Shown: one piece after another, positions 6,713-16,676 of the stretch
Numbering within the stretch: position 1 is the first letter of the stretch
Layout of the letters: every line of letters begins with the position of its first letter
IMG/VR virus record: IMGVR_UViG_3300023214_000153
Coordinates: 1-42,435 of that record
DNA length: 42,435 bases
Reading direction: 5' to 3' (one strand)
From: a virus
Lineage: Duplodnaviria; Caudoviricetes
Notes under the pieces: model-generated
Told to the model about the DNA's origin: nothing
What the model saw: the letters and a program-made list of their open reading frames with translations, nothing else
Database searches by the model: none
Position numbers and translations under genes: made by a program

Positions 6713-8459
6713 GTGGCCGCTCGAAGACGAGCGGATGATCCTGGCCGATACCTGTGCGAAGAGCTTCTGGCACTTCCTTCGCTACCAGTTCGGGGTCACG
6801 CTCAACACCGAGCTCGGCGGCTGGCTCAGCGAGTCCCACCACCGCGCACTCTGCGACTGGATCCAGAGGAAGGTCTACGACGAGTGGATCGTGCCGAAGA
6901 AGCGCGGCGAACGTCTGAGGTCCCGAAAGAAGCTCATCATCTGCTGGCCGCGCCATCACGGCAAGACCGTTATCAACAAGGCGCTCCAGATGTGGATCGC
7001 CCTGCATCTGCCGGAAGCCTCGATCCTCAACGGCTCGTACAGCGCCGACAAGTCGCAGAAGGTGCTACGCGCGATCCGAGCGCTCTACGAGGGCACCGAC
7101 CAGTACGGCCTCTTCGCCTGGTGCTACGGCATCTGGTACAACCCGGAACGGACGTGGACCGATGCGGGGTTCGTGCACGCCGCCCGGCGCGGTACCGGTC
7201 GGTCCGAAGCCTCGAACTACACCTGTTCGATCGAGACCGGGGCGACCGGCGACCATCCCGATGTCTACATGGCCGACGATCTCATATCGGGCGACAAGAT
7301 GAAGGTCGACTCCGACAACCACGTTCGAACCGCTGTCCACCACATGGTGCGCATGATCCCCGTCGTGTTGCCCGGGGGCCTCACGGTGATTTGGGGCACG
7401 CGCTACAGCGATGCCGACGTGATCGGGGATGCGGTGTTCAAGGAGGGCGTCTATGAGGTCGCCGGCATGACCCCATCGGACAACCGCATTCGGCCCGAGA
7501 AGGGCGGGGCGTGGGCCATGCACTACCTAGAGGCGGACATGGGGGATGATGAGGACGGCTACCCGATCCCCACGGTTCCCGAGTGCATCACGAGAGAGGA
7601 TTTGAAGGCGTGGCGGGATCGCGACCCCCAGGAGTACGCCGCGCAGGCGAAGAACCGCCCGGACGTGGGCGGGCACCAGCCGTTGACGCGCGAGGCCGTC
7701 GAGGAGATGAAGGTCGATCGTCTACCCGATCCCAAGGATGTCGCGCTCTACGTCCACACCGACACCGCGTTCCGGCACGCCAAGCGACAATCGCGCTCCG
7801 ATCATAGCGTCATGCTCGTGTTCGCGCACTACACCGACGGCTCGGGCGACGTGCGCTACATCGACGGCATGGGCCACCAGCACTGGAAATCAGATCAGTT
7901 CTACAACCTCCTCTACAACCTCGTTCGGAAGTGGGACCGGCTGGGCTACCGCGTCCGTGGCATCACCGATGAGCTGGAGTCCGGTGGCAAGGGCGGCACG
8001 GCTCAGCAGACGATCAAGAACAAGTTCGTGCAGCGAAACGAGCACTACCCTGGCTACGCGACGCGCTGCCCGCCGGTGATCCTGATCCAACGCCAGTCCG
8101 GCCCGGCCAAAACGAACCGGATGTTGGATGCGGCCGGCTACTGGCAGTCCGGCCACGTCACGCTCTACCGGCAGGCCAGGGGGGTGAATGAGCTGACCGA
8201 CCAGATGCTACGACTGCGGATGACCGCCCATGATGACTGGGCCGATGCGGCGGCCGACACGTTCTCGGGCGAGGTATACCGCCACGCCCGGGACGAGATG
8301 AAGAAGCTGAACCGCGGGTGGCCGGTACGAAAGGGAGACGACGTGCTGCAGAACAACGGCTGGCCGACGGACCAGGAGGCGTGTCGGCTCTACGACGAGT
8401 ACGAGGATCAGATCCGGGGCCGCGGTCGCGCCGGCTGGGTCCGTGAGCCCATTCAGTGA
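6690..8459 (+). CDS. terL: Terminase large subunit
   Basis: Walker A WPRHHGKT, Walker B VYMADD, coupling motif GTRY, nuclease residues HTDTA and HDDWADA. Confidence 0.92.
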   Translation: MTLKLQGEWPLEDERMILADTCAKSFWHFLRYQFGVTLNTELGGWLSESHHRALCDWIQRKVYDEWIVPKKRGERLRSRKKLIICWPRHHGKTVINKALQMWIALHLPEASILNGSYSADKSQKVLRAIRALYEGTDQYGLFAWCYGIWYNPERTWTDAGFVHAARRGTGRSEASNYTCSIETGATGDHPDVYMADDLISGDKMKVDSDNHVRTAVHHMVRMIPVVLPGGLTVIWGTRYSDADVIGDAVFKEGVYEVAGMTPSDNRIRPEKGGAWAMHYLEADMGDDEDGYPIPTVPECITREDLKAWRDRDPQEYAAQAKNRPDVGGHQPLTREAVEEMKVDRLPDPKDVALYVHTDTAFRHAKRQSRSDHSVMLVFAHYTDGSGDVRYIDGMGHQHWKSDQFYNLLYNLVRKWDRLGYRVRGITDELESGGKGGTAQQTIKNKFVQRNEHYPGYATRCPPVILIQRQSGPAKTNRMLDAAGYWQSGHVTLYRQARGVNELTDQMLRLRMTAHDDWADAAADTFSGEVYRHARDEMKKLNRGWPVRKGDDVLQNNGWPTDQEACRLYDEYEDQIRGRGRAGWVREPIQ

Positions 8460-9202
8460 GAAAGGACGATCTGGTGAACAGAACACCCCTGTGCGAGCTG
8501 GCCGAGAAGTACGGGACCGACAAGGGCCCGAGCTGCCATGGCTATACCCGCCTCTACCACTGGCTCTTTGGGTCGTGGAGGAACGCGGAGATGGTTCTCT
8601 TCGAGACCGGCGTGGAGGCGGGGGTCTCGCTTCGGATGTGGGCCGACTACTTCCCCCAGGCCCAGATCCACGGTCTCGACATCAGCCTAGAGCGGGTCCA
8701 GGACGGCGTTCACGACCACCCGCGCATCCACCTCCATGAAGGCGACCAGAAGGACCCGGAGGTGATCGAGACCGCGCTTGGCAGCATGTTCGAGATGCCG
8801 AGCATTGTGGTCGACGACGCCTCGCACGCACACATCGACCAGCAGCGGCTTCTTGTGAACCTCCACCAACGGGTGGTGAACAATGGCCACACCGTCTATG
8901 TGATCGAGGACATCCACACCTCGCTCATGAGCGCCGAGGAGGCGTACTCGGTGCTCCACCTCGGCCCCCGGGGGATGGGGGCCAACGGGCCGGTCGACCC
9001 CAGCACCACGCTCCTGACCCTCGGCCGGCTCAAGGCGTCCCTCGTGACCGGTGTGTTCCAGCGGAGCAACTGGATCACCGACGAGGAGGGTGAGAGTATC
9101 CGTAACGCGTTGGATGATCTGGACTTATACTCGACCTACATCCACGACGACGAGAGCACAGAGTACGGGTTCGGCTCCATGATGGGCGTGCTCTACTTCT
9201 AG
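8456..9202 (+). CDS. Class I SAM-dependent methyltransferase (sugar O-methyltransferase-like)
   Basis: YGTDK..HGY..LY, FETGVEAGVSLRMWADYFP..IHGLDI, GDQ, IVVDDASH, YVIEDI motifs. Confidence 0.85.
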   Translation: MRKDDLVNRTPLCELAEKYGTDKGPSCHGYTRLYHWLFGSWRNAEMVLFETGVEAGVSLRMWADYFPQAQIHGLDISLERVQDGVHDHPRIHLHEGDQKDPEVIETALGSMFEMPSIVVDDASHAHIDQQRLLVNLHQRVVNNGHTVYVIEDIHTSLMSAEEAYSVLHLGPRGMGANGPVDPSTTLLTLGRLKASLVTGVFQRSNWITDEEGESIRNALDDLDLYSTYIHDDESTEYGFGSMMGVLYF

Positions 9203-9209
9203 TCGCGCT

Positions 9210-9225
9210 CGTTTCACGTGAAACC
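9210..9225. promoter_or_regulatory. parS: parS-like palindrome
   Basis: cGTTTCACGTGAAACc: perfect 14-bp core, 14/16 match to the canonical TGTTTCACGTGAAACA; intergenic. Confidence 0.7.
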
Positions 9226-9346
9226 TGTTGACACCTCCCCCATGTCACCGCGTACCCTGCCATGAGGTCGACGATCTGGTCGGATCTGGAGCATACTGGT
9301 CGAACCGTCGTCGGTACGGTCCAAATCGACGCAATGGTCGACCCCG

Positions 9347-11302
9347 GTGGGTACGATGGCAGGAGAGATACGGCGCGAGAGGGGCGCAGAGGCACGCGAG
9401 CGCCAGATGGTGAACGCGGTGCGGGGGCGTTTCCACGCCTCCGACAACGCCTTCCAGTCGGTCTTTCAAAGCTGCGCGAGGCGCTACGACCTCTACCGCG
9501 GAACTTACACCGGCCGCTTCCACCCCCACCGAAACAACCTCCACATCCCCCTCGGCTTCTCCATCATCCAATCCGATGTATCACACAAGGTCCAGGCCAC
9601 CGCTGGCAGAATGCCCTACGTCAACTTTGAGCCCGGGGGGCCCGAGGATGCCGACACAGCTCGCCGGCAGACCAGCCTCGTCGCCGCACAGATGAAAGAC
9701 ACCGGGTTCTATCGAACCTGCTACGACGCCTACCTGAGCGCCGACATCTACGGCGTGACCACGATGATGACCGGCTACGAGACCAAGATCGAGGACAAGA
9801 AGGTCTTCGTGCCCGTGACCGACCCGTACACAGGCAAGGCGGTCCGAGATAGCAGCGGGCGTATCCTACGGACGCTAGAGACTCACGAGGGCGTGATCGT
9901 GAGGGACCGGCCCACGCTCCGGGTCATCGACATTCTGGACAGCTTCCCCCAGCCCGGCGTCCCACGCATCGAGGAGATGGACTGGTTCATCGTCCGGCAC
10001 TGGCTCGATGCCGATACTGTGCGGCTCATGGCCCGAGAGGGCATCTACGACCCGATCTCCGAGGACAAGCTCTCGAAGATCCTCCGATCGAACCACCGGG
10101 AGGCGGTCTTCGCTGAGCGGGGCACCTACTCCCGAAACCAGTTCGACGAGCCCGGGGCCAGCGAGGACCCCCTCGCCCGCCCGGTCGAGATATGGGAGAT
10201 GTGGGGCTCTGTCCCCGACGAGCTCGTGCCGCCGAACGGGACCAAGATGCGGGTCGTCACACTGGCAAACGGCGTGGAGCTGCTACGGAACCGGGACTAC
10301 CCCTACTTCCACGGCCGGCTCCCGTTCCGGTCCATCGCCCCGTTCCAGGACCCCCACAGCTACCACAGTCCGGGCAAGCTAGAGATCGTCGAGAAGATGC
10401 AGATGCTCGCGAACCGCCTGGCCTCTCAGAAGGCGGACATCATCGACCTCGTGGCCGATCCGGTGATGATCGCCCGGCGCGATGCCGGCGTGGACGTGGA
10501 CTCGCTCTACGCGCGTCCGGGCAACGTCATCTTCACCGACGACGACATCACTTCCTCGATCCGGCCGTGGATTCCCGATCTCCGCGGCGTGGACCACATC
10601 TATCCCGAGCTGCAACAGCTCTGGGCATGGATGCAGCAGTCCACAGGCACGATCGAGGACACGGTGATGGGCGGCACGGGCGTCACCAAGCGGCTCAGCG
10701 CCACCGAGTTCTCGGGCCGGCAGCAGGCCGTGGCCAACCGCATCTTGCTTGAGATCCGGTTGGCAGAAGAGCAGGCGTGGGAGCCGATCGCTACCGATTT
10801 CCGGGACCTGGACCGGCAGTTCCTCACGACCGAGCGGCAGTCGCGCATCCTTGGCCTCGACGCGCAGATCAACCCGGTGACGAGCCAGCGGGTCTCGCCG
10901 GTCGACATGCTGGGCCCGATGGATCTAGACGGCGACTACGACGCGCGGGCGACCGGCTCCACGGCGCTCACCAAGGATGTGACGACGCAGAAGATCCTTA
11001 CCGCCATTCAGATTTTCGGCACGGTGCCGCCGATGATGGCACAGATCAACTGGGAGAACATGGCGCGGCAGGTGTTCGAGAGCCTGGAGTTCGGCAACGC
11101 GCTAGAGCTGACGCGCATGAGCCCCGAGCAAATGGCTCTCCAGATGCAAGCTATGGGGGCTCTCGGACGGGAAGGAACCGGTGGTAGTAGGGGGACCTCG
11201 ACCGCCGTGCCGAACGGCACACCGTCCGCCGTGCCGAACGGCACACCGTCCGAGGCCCCCGACCCGATGACAGCGGTGATGCGCGCGGTGACGGGGGGCT
11301 GA
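9347..11302 (+). CDS. Portal protein (podovirus/P22-like)
   Basis: 651 aa after terL; RYDLYRG, VEIWEMWG, YPYFHGRLPF, SATE motifs; Q/M-rich C-terminus. Confidence 0.88.
   Translation: MGTMAGEIRRERGAEARERQMVNAVRGRFHASDNAFQSVFQSCARRYDLYRGTYTGRFHPHRNNLHIPLGFSIIQSDVSHKVQATAGRMPYVNFEPGGPEDADTARRQTSLVAAQMKDTGFYRTCYDAYLSADIYGVTTMMTGYETKIEDKKVFVPVTDPYTGKAVRDSSGRILRTLETHEGVIVRDRPTLRVIDILDSFPQPGVPRIEEMDWFIVRHWLDADTVRLMAREGIYDPISEDKLSKILRSNHREAVFAERGTYSRNQFDEPGASEDPLARPVEIWEMWGSVPDELVPPNGTKMRVVTLANGVELLRNRDYPYFHGRLPFRSIAPFQDPHSYHSPGKLEIVEKMQMLANRLASQKADIIDLVADPVMIARRDAGVDVDSLYARPGNVIFTDDDITSSIRPWIPDLRGVDHIYPELQQLWAWMQQSTGTIEDTVMGGTGVTKRLSATEFSGRQQAVANRILLEIRLAEEQAWEPIATDFRDLDRQFLTTERQSRILGLDAQINPVTSQRVSPVDMLGPMDLDGDYDARATGSTALTKDVTTQKILTAIQIFGTVPPMMAQINWENMARQVFESLEFGNALELTRMSPEQMALQMQAMGALGREGTGGSRGTSTAVPNGTPSAVPNGTPSEAPDPMTAVMRAVTGG
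11202..11252 (+). repeat. 24-bp tandem duplication (AVPNGTPS x2), each unit with a GTGCCG/CGGCAC inverted repeat
   Basis: Exact duplication in the portal 3' end. Confidence 0.9.
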
Positions 11303-11303
11303 G

Positions 11304-11690
11304 ATGAAGCTGACGAAGCAGGACTACACGAACCTTCGGGATCTGATGGACGACCCCCGGTGGCTCATGACGATGCAGCGGATCATGCAGGACCGCGTGC
11401 AGGGGTGGATCGAGGATTGGCGCAGGCCGATGAGTGAGCGGCGGCAACAGCTCAGCGACGAAGAGATCAAGGGGCGCGTCAACGCGCTCGTGGAAATCAT
11501 GAAGTTCCCAGCTCTCATGGTCAAGCAGTACGACCGGAGGCTGGAGGAAGAGAAGAAGCGGAAGGAGCATGAGGAGCGGGAAGCGCAACGCAACCGCGTG
11601 GTGGCGGCCGTCGGCCGTAACGGTCCTCATGCGAGACCACCGATCTCCGATGACGCGGCTACTCCGGGTCCGGAGAGAGGGGAGGAATGA
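11304..11690 (+). CDS. Small head-module protein following the portal
   Basis: 128 aa helical protein at the conserved position between portal and scaffold. Confidence 0.7.
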   Translation: MKLTKQDYTNLRDLMDDPRWLMTMQRIMQDRVQGWIEDWRRPMSERRQQLSDEEIKGRVNALVEIMKFPALMVKQYDRRLEEEKKRKEHEEREAQRNRVVAAVGRNGPHARPPISDDAATPGPERGEE

Positions 11691-12562
11691 TGTCCGAGGA
11701 TCAGGCTACTCCTGAGAACGAGGACGACGTGGCCGATGGGCTGAACATCGGTCATCCAGGGCTTGGCGAGTCGGATACTCCGCAGGCCGAGCCCACTGGA
11801 GGCGACGGTAGCGACACCGAGGAGCCGCAGGAGTTCGTCATGGAGGTGCCGGGCGTCGGTACCTACCGGGCGGGCTCACGTGAGGAGCTGGACGCGCAGG
11901 TACAGAAAGCGCTCCTCTCCTCGGCGGAAGAAGGTCGTCGTCTCGCCGCCGAGAACACGGAGCTCAAGCAAGCCAGCGCATCGACCGCGGGGGAGGCTAA
12001 TCCAGACCCCACGGCGGATCCGGACTGGCGCAAAGGGCTCGTGGAGCAGGGGATCGACCCCGATGGTTTCGCGCAGGCGGTGCAAGGCGTCTTCAACGAC
12101 TTGGCGCGTCCGTTTCAGGAGGCGCAGGCCGCGGATGGGCGTCTGTCACAGACCTACAAGGACCAGGGCTACAACCCGCCGGAGGTCGATCAGTTCATTC
12201 AATCCGATCCAGAGGTGGCAGAGCGGTACAACCGGATCTTGATGACCGACCCGGAGGTGGCGCGCGAGTGGGCGTGGAACCGAATGCGCGCCACTCGTGC
12301 GGTGAAGACAGTCTCACAGAGCCGAGCGCAGGCCGCAGAGGACGAGGGTCAGATGGCGCAAGCACGTGCCACAGCGACCCCCGTTCACTCGAATACGCCC
12401 TCGCGTGATGTGGGCCCAGGGACGGTCAGCAAGGATTCCAGAGACGCCGCGATCGCGGAGTACCACAAGACCGGCAATGAGGATACTCTGCTCGACGCGT
12501 TGATGCCGATTGATGACCCAGAGGAGCCGTCGTGGATGAAAGGCAAGCTCCGAGGGTTCTAG
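11687..12562 (+). CDS. Capsid scaffolding protein
   Basis: Acidic, flexible, helical protein immediately upstream of the capsid gene. Confidence 0.7.
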   Translation: MMSEDQATPENEDDVADGLNIGHPGLGESDTPQAEPTGGDGSDTEEPQEFVMEVPGVGTYRAGSREELDAQVQKALLSSAEEGRRLAAENTELKQASASTAGEANPDPTADPDWRKGLVEQGIDPDGFAQAVQGVFNDLARPFQEAQAADGRLSQTYKDQGYNPPEVDQFIQSDPEVAERYNRILMTDPEVAREWAWNRMRATRAVKTVSQSRAQAAEDEGQMAQARATATPVHSNTPSRDVGPGTVSKDSRDAAIAEYHKTGNEDTLLDALMPIDDPEEPSWMKGKLRGF

Positions 12563-12594
12563 CCGCGATGTCGCCTCGTTAGGGGGACGGTACT

Positions 12595-13650
12595 ATGGCT
12601 GGGACTCTTTCGTCCTCCGACGTCACCACCGTTTACCAGACCGGGTACGGGGTGGGCGCGGGGACGGGAGCCAACAGAGAAGACCTCTCGCCGGTCGTGT
12701 TCAACATTGATCGGTGGGACACGCCCATCTTCACAATGGCGAAGAAGGGCGTGGCAACGCATACGACGCACGAGTGGATCGAGTACGCGTTGCGCAGCAC
12801 GTCGATTGCCGGTGCCGCCGAAGGTGCTGGGTTCGACGAGCAGGCTCGGCCGAACCCTCGGCGCAAGTCGACGAACACGCACATCTTCCGTGCGGATACC
12901 GAGATTTCGAACACCGAGCAGGCTGTGGACTCGGTGGGCGCACTCGGGAAGTACCGCACGGGTGTGGTCGATGCGCTAAAGGAGATCCGTCGGAACTTCG
13001 AGCGGAAGGCGATGAGCGCCGCGGCGGCGTCGACGACGGGTGGCACGGGTGCTGCGCGTCTGATGAAGACCCTACAGGACTTCATCCAGGTTCATGCGTA
13101 CCACGCGGACGACGCGGCCACCCTTGGTGGTGGTGCGGACACCGGTTCTGGGCACATTCTGCTTGAGACGAGCTTCGTGCGCGTGATCCAGAACGTGTAC
13201 CAGGACGGTGGGAACCCGCGTGACGTGATCGTGTCGCCGGCGGCGAAGGTGCAGATCGCGCAGTGGGGTGCGTCGAACACGTTCGGAAACTCCCGTGTGA
13301 TCGCTGCGGCGGACAACACGCTCGATGCCAACGTGGACTTCTACAACGCGCCGGTCGGCGGGCTGATGAGGATCCACACCAACTGGCTCTGCCCGACGGG
13401 CACGAGCGGAACTGCCGATGCCGGCGTGGCGTCGGCAGACGGCAAGGGGTCGGTGTTCTTCCTGGACATGAAGCGGATCTCGGCGGACTTCCTCCGCCGG
13501 CCGCGTCACATTCCGATCGCGACGAACGCGGACTCGACCCGTGGGATCGTGCTCATGGAGGCGTGCCTCATGGTCGCGAACGGCGGGGATTCGTCGGACT
13601 CGACGGGTGGACACGGCCGGTTTTACGGCGTGGCCAACGTGGGGTCGTAG
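12595..13650 (+). CDS. Major capsid protein (DUF5309/SU10-like, HK97 fold)
   Basis: NREDLS...DTP...HEW...NTHIF...SNTEQAV...KEIRRNFE...GGNP...FLR pattern. Confidence 0.88.
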   Translation: MAGTLSSSDVTTVYQTGYGVGAGTGANREDLSPVVFNIDRWDTPIFTMAKKGVATHTTHEWIEYALRSTSIAGAAEGAGFDEQARPNPRRKSTNTHIFRADTEISNTEQAVDSVGALGKYRTGVVDALKEIRRNFERKAMSAAAASTTGGTGAARLMKTLQDFIQVHAYHADDAATLGGGADTGSGHILLETSFVRVIQNVYQDGGNPRDVIVSPAAKVQIAQWGASNTFGNSRVIAAADNTLDANVDFYNAPVGGLMRIHTNWLCPTGTSGTADAGVASADGKGSVFFLDMKRISADFLRRPRHIPIATNADSTRGIVLMEACLMVANGGDSSDSTGGHGRFYGVANVGS

Positions 13651-13667
13651 CGGAACAGGCAATCAAC

Positions 13668-13698
13668 CGCGTGGTCGGTCGTGGTGGCCGGCCACGCG
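13668..13698 (+). terminator. GC-rich stem-loop after the capsid gene (terminator or mRNA stabiliser)
   Basis: 13-bp stem cgcgtggtcggtc/ggccggccacgcg with G-U pairs and a 5-nt loop; no U tract. Confidence 0.55.
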
Positions 13699-13750
13699 CC
13701 TGGAGGCCAGGATGTTGAAGCATCGCAACGACTCGTCCGAAGGCGAGCAC

Positions 13751-13933
13751 ATGAGCCACAAGCGGCTCCAGCAGGCGCTCGGGAACGGGCCCGCGCTACC
13801 CGAGATGCCGCCCGTGAAGGGCCGCGACGAGGGTACGGCCGGACCCATGTACCACCCGGAGGGACGTACCAAGCCCAAGAGGAGCGGCGGGAAGATGCCC
13901 GAGACGCTTCGTATCGCCAAGGGGGGCCGCTGA
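13751..13933 (+). CDS. Small basic protein (60 aa)
   Basis: MSHKRLQQALG...; TGATG coupling to the next gene. Confidence 0.55.
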   Translation: MSHKRLQQALGNGPALPEMPPVKGRDEGTAGPMYHPEGRTKPKRSGGKMPETLRIAKGGR

Positions 13934-14256
13934 TGTCACCGGGCATTCCAAGACTCGTCAAGGAGCTTCTGTCCGCCGACGAGTTCAAGGCCGTGCCGGC
14001 GGTGCGGGGTCAGCTAGAGCGGTACCAGCGGGTCCGAGACCACTACGACGACACGGCCAAGGTATCGAACCACGGGCGGGTTCTTGGGGCGACCGACCAC
14101 ATGCAGCACGTGAGCCACATGCCGCTTCGCGCCGTGTTCATCCTGGAACACTTCTGGCCCGAGGCCATGACCGACATGCGCGCGCATGCGACGCTGCTGC
14201 GGGAGTGTCCGTGGTTCCGAGCCGGCTATACCGAGACTAGAAGGGGTGCCTTGTGA
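13933..14256 (+). CDS. Conserved-type small virion protein following a DUF5309 capsid
   Basis: MQHVSHMP...PWFR pattern recalled from this gene position. Confidence 0.6.
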   Translation: MSPGIPRLVKELLSADEFKAVPAVRGQLERYQRVRDHYDDTAKVSNHGRVLGATDHMQHVSHMPLRAVFILEHFWPEAMTDMRAHATLLRECPWFRAGYTETRRGAL

Positions 14257-15524
14257 TCGGGAAGAAGGAGCCGATCTGGTTCTACACGGAGATGGCCCCG
14301 AAGCCGGGGGGGTGCTGGTACTACCGGGCGTACATGCTTGGCCAGGGGCTCGAAGACTCCGGCGAGGGCATGGCGTTCTTCGATGAGACGATGCACTACC
14401 CGGCACCGACGCATGAGGACAACACCGACGAGGAGTACCGGAGCTGGACCCGGAACCGCGAGCGCACCGAGGCCGCGCTTCTCAAGGCCACCGTCGTCCA
14501 AAATACGAGCCGCTCGCAGCAGCATATGCGGTTCATGCAGCGGCTACGAAAGGCCCGTCAAGAGGCGAACGACGTGCCGGTGCTGGTCTACGACAAGGAC
14601 GACCTGGACGAGTACGTTCATCCGACGAACCCGGCATTTCGGTTCCTTGGAACGCGTAGCCCAGATGGCACGCCGCTGAACAAGGGCGACCAGGTGGCGA
14701 TAGGTCGCAAGACCGACGGGAAGCCCATTGTCCTCTATGTCGATGGGCACCACGGGTTCGACATCGAGCGCAACCATGTGAACATCCAGCAGGGCATCGA
14801 GAACGCGAAGTTCTGCGATGTGGTGACGGTCACGTCACAAGAGCTGGCAGACTACTACCGCGAGCAGGGGTGCGAGCATGTCTTCATCCGGCCGAACGCG
14901 ATCCGCTTCGAGGACTACCACACGATCCGTCTCGAACAGGACGACACCGTACGTATCCTGTGGCAAGGCGGCACGAGTCATATCGTGGACTGGTACGAAA
15001 TCAATGAAGCGGTGGTTCGCGTGGTGTCGGAAACGGAGAATGTCAAGCTCCTGATCTGGGGCGACGGGTACCGCGAGCCGTTCGAGAAGCTGCCCAAGCA
15101 CAAGGTCGAGTTCATCTCGTATGTGCCGGTGGAGGCGTATCTGTCACGTCTCTGCGGCATCGGGCACGATATCAACCTGGCCCCCCTGGACGACACTCGG
15201 TTCAACCGCGCCAAGAGCGCGATCAAGTGGTACGAGGCCTCGGCGATCCCGCACCACCCGGCGGTGACGATTGCCAGGAACATCCCGCCGTACACCGAGA
15301 TCACGAACGGGCAGAACGGGCTGCTCTACGACACCATCGAGCAGTTCGAGGTGCAGCTACGCGCGGCCATCGCGGACGAGACGCTGCGTAAGCGGCTGGC
15401 GATGAACGCGCAGGAGTGGGTCAAGGCGAACCGCGACCACCGCGATGTCGTTCGCCAGTGGGCAGACTACATGCGGGAGCAAATCGAGCGCGTCAACCCC
15501 AGGGTTGTCGTGACGTCGAGGTAG
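14253..15524 (+). CDS. Glycosyltransferase (GT-B fold, GT4-like)
   Basis: GGCWYYR, VYDKDD, DVVTVTS, PNAI, ILWQGGTSH..DW, DINLAPL...FNRAKSAIKWYEAS, NGLL motifs. Confidence 0.88.
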   Translation: MIGKKEPIWFYTEMAPKPGGCWYYRAYMLGQGLEDSGEGMAFFDETMHYPAPTHEDNTDEEYRSWTRNRERTEAALLKATVVQNTSRSQQHMRFMQRLRKARQEANDVPVLVYDKDDLDEYVHPTNPAFRFLGTRSPDGTPLNKGDQVAIGRKTDGKPIVLYVDGHHGFDIERNHVNIQQGIENAKFCDVVTVTSQELADYYREQGCEHVFIRPNAIRFEDYHTIRLEQDDTVRILWQGGTSHIVDWYEINEAVVRVVSETENVKLLIWGDGYREPFEKLPKHKVEFISYVPVEAYLSRLCGIGHDINLAPLDDTRFNRAKSAIKWYEASAIPHHPAVTIARNIPPYTEITNGQNGLLYDTIEQFEVQLRAAIADETLRKRLAMNAQEWVKANRDHRDVVRQWADYMREQIERVNPRVVVTSR

Positions 15525-15526
15525 TC

Positions 15527-16264
15527 ATGGGGCTTGTCGTATCCGTACCGTCGAGCGGCGTGTCGACCGGCAACTGGAACTTCGCGAAGGCGAAGCGGTT
15601 CGTGGCCCGCGCGATCGGTGGCGGTACGCCGAACGACGAGGATTTGAGCGAGGCGGCCGACTGGATCAACCTCGGGATCGACGAGATGAACCGTCGGCGG
15701 ACCTGGAAGGCGCTCCAGAAGGAGAGCGCGGATATCGCCGTCTCATCGGGGACGGATAGCTACGACCTGCCGAGCGACCTCAACCACATCTACGCGGTGC
15801 GGATGATCGGCTCGAACGACAGGCCGCTCCACCCGGTTGAGACCAGGGACATGAACCGAGCCGTCTACGGTGATCTCGATACCTACAGCGGGGTGCCACG
15901 ATTCTACACTACGTTCCTGACCGGGGAGAACAACCAGATCCAGGTGTTCCCGGTGCCTGGAGCGGACGACACGCTCCGGGTCTACTACTTTCGGCTCATC
16001 ACAGAGCTAACCATGGACGAGGAGACGCTGAACTTCCCGAAGAAGTGGCGTTCGGCCATTCTCTACAAGGCCAGGGCGAACATGCTGGCAGACCACGATG
16101 CGGAAACATCCAGGCTTCGGTACTGGATGCAGGAGGCGGAGCGAGCGTTCCGGCAGGCTCGCGCGGACGACACGACACGGCCGGATCGCAATCCGAGGTG
16201 GAAGTCACAAGCCGAGGTGGGCGTGGCAGCCGATGTTACGCGCCCGGGCTATTGGGAGGACTGA
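15527..16264 (+). CDS. Head-tail adaptor (P22 gp4/T7 gp11-like)
   Basis: DWINLG, SYDLPSD, GVPRFY, IQVFPVP, LRVYY, AILYKA pattern. Confidence 0.75.
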   Translation: MGLVVSVPSSGVSTGNWNFAKAKRFVARAIGGGTPNDEDLSEAADWINLGIDEMNRRRTWKALQKESADIAVSSGTDSYDLPSDLNHIYAVRMIGSNDRPLHPVETRDMNRAVYGDLDTYSGVPRFYTTFLTGENNQIQVFPVPGADDTLRVYYFRLITELTMDEETLNFPKKWRSAILYKARANMLADHDAETSRLRYWMQEAERAFRQARADDTTRPDRNPRWKSQAEVGVAADVTRPGYWED

Positions 16265-16265
16265 G

Positions 16266-16664
16266 ATGCTGTCTCGACTGCTGATCTCGGCGCTCGTGTT
16301 GCTCGCGGTGCTCGCGGTGCCGGCACAGGCGCAGCGCCACACGCCGATCACCGATTTCGGGGAGTCGGAGTACGACCCGTACCTCGGCAGCCTGACGGAC
16401 ACGACGCCGGACACCCTCGCATGGACCGATAAGCCGCAGGCGTGGCTTCGCCTCTATAGCTACGACGAAGACCTCTTCGTGCTGATGAACCGGTGCTACT
16501 ACTTCAGCAATGCCTGTGGCACGGTGGACACGGCGGACACGTTGCGGATACCCGCTGGCATCCCGTGGGCGTTCACGCCGCTCTGTGACTCTCTTGTCGT
16601 TGGCGTCTACGATGGGTCCGGCTCCACGGCCTATACGGTCGAGAGCCAGCCCTACCGGCCGTAA
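16266..16664 (+). CDS. Signal-peptide-bearing small beta protein (132 aa)
   Basis: MLSRLLISALVLLAVLAVPAQA-Q: basic residue, hydrophobic core, AxA cleavage site. Confidence 0.75.
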   Translation: MLSRLLISALVLLAVLAVPAQAQRHTPITDFGESEYDPYLGSLTDTTPDTLAWTDKPQAWLRLYSYDEDLFVLMNRCYYFSNACGTVDTADTLRIPAGIPWAFTPLCDSLVVGVYDGSGSTAYTVESQPYRP

Positions 16665-16676
16665 GGGGGGCCACTA

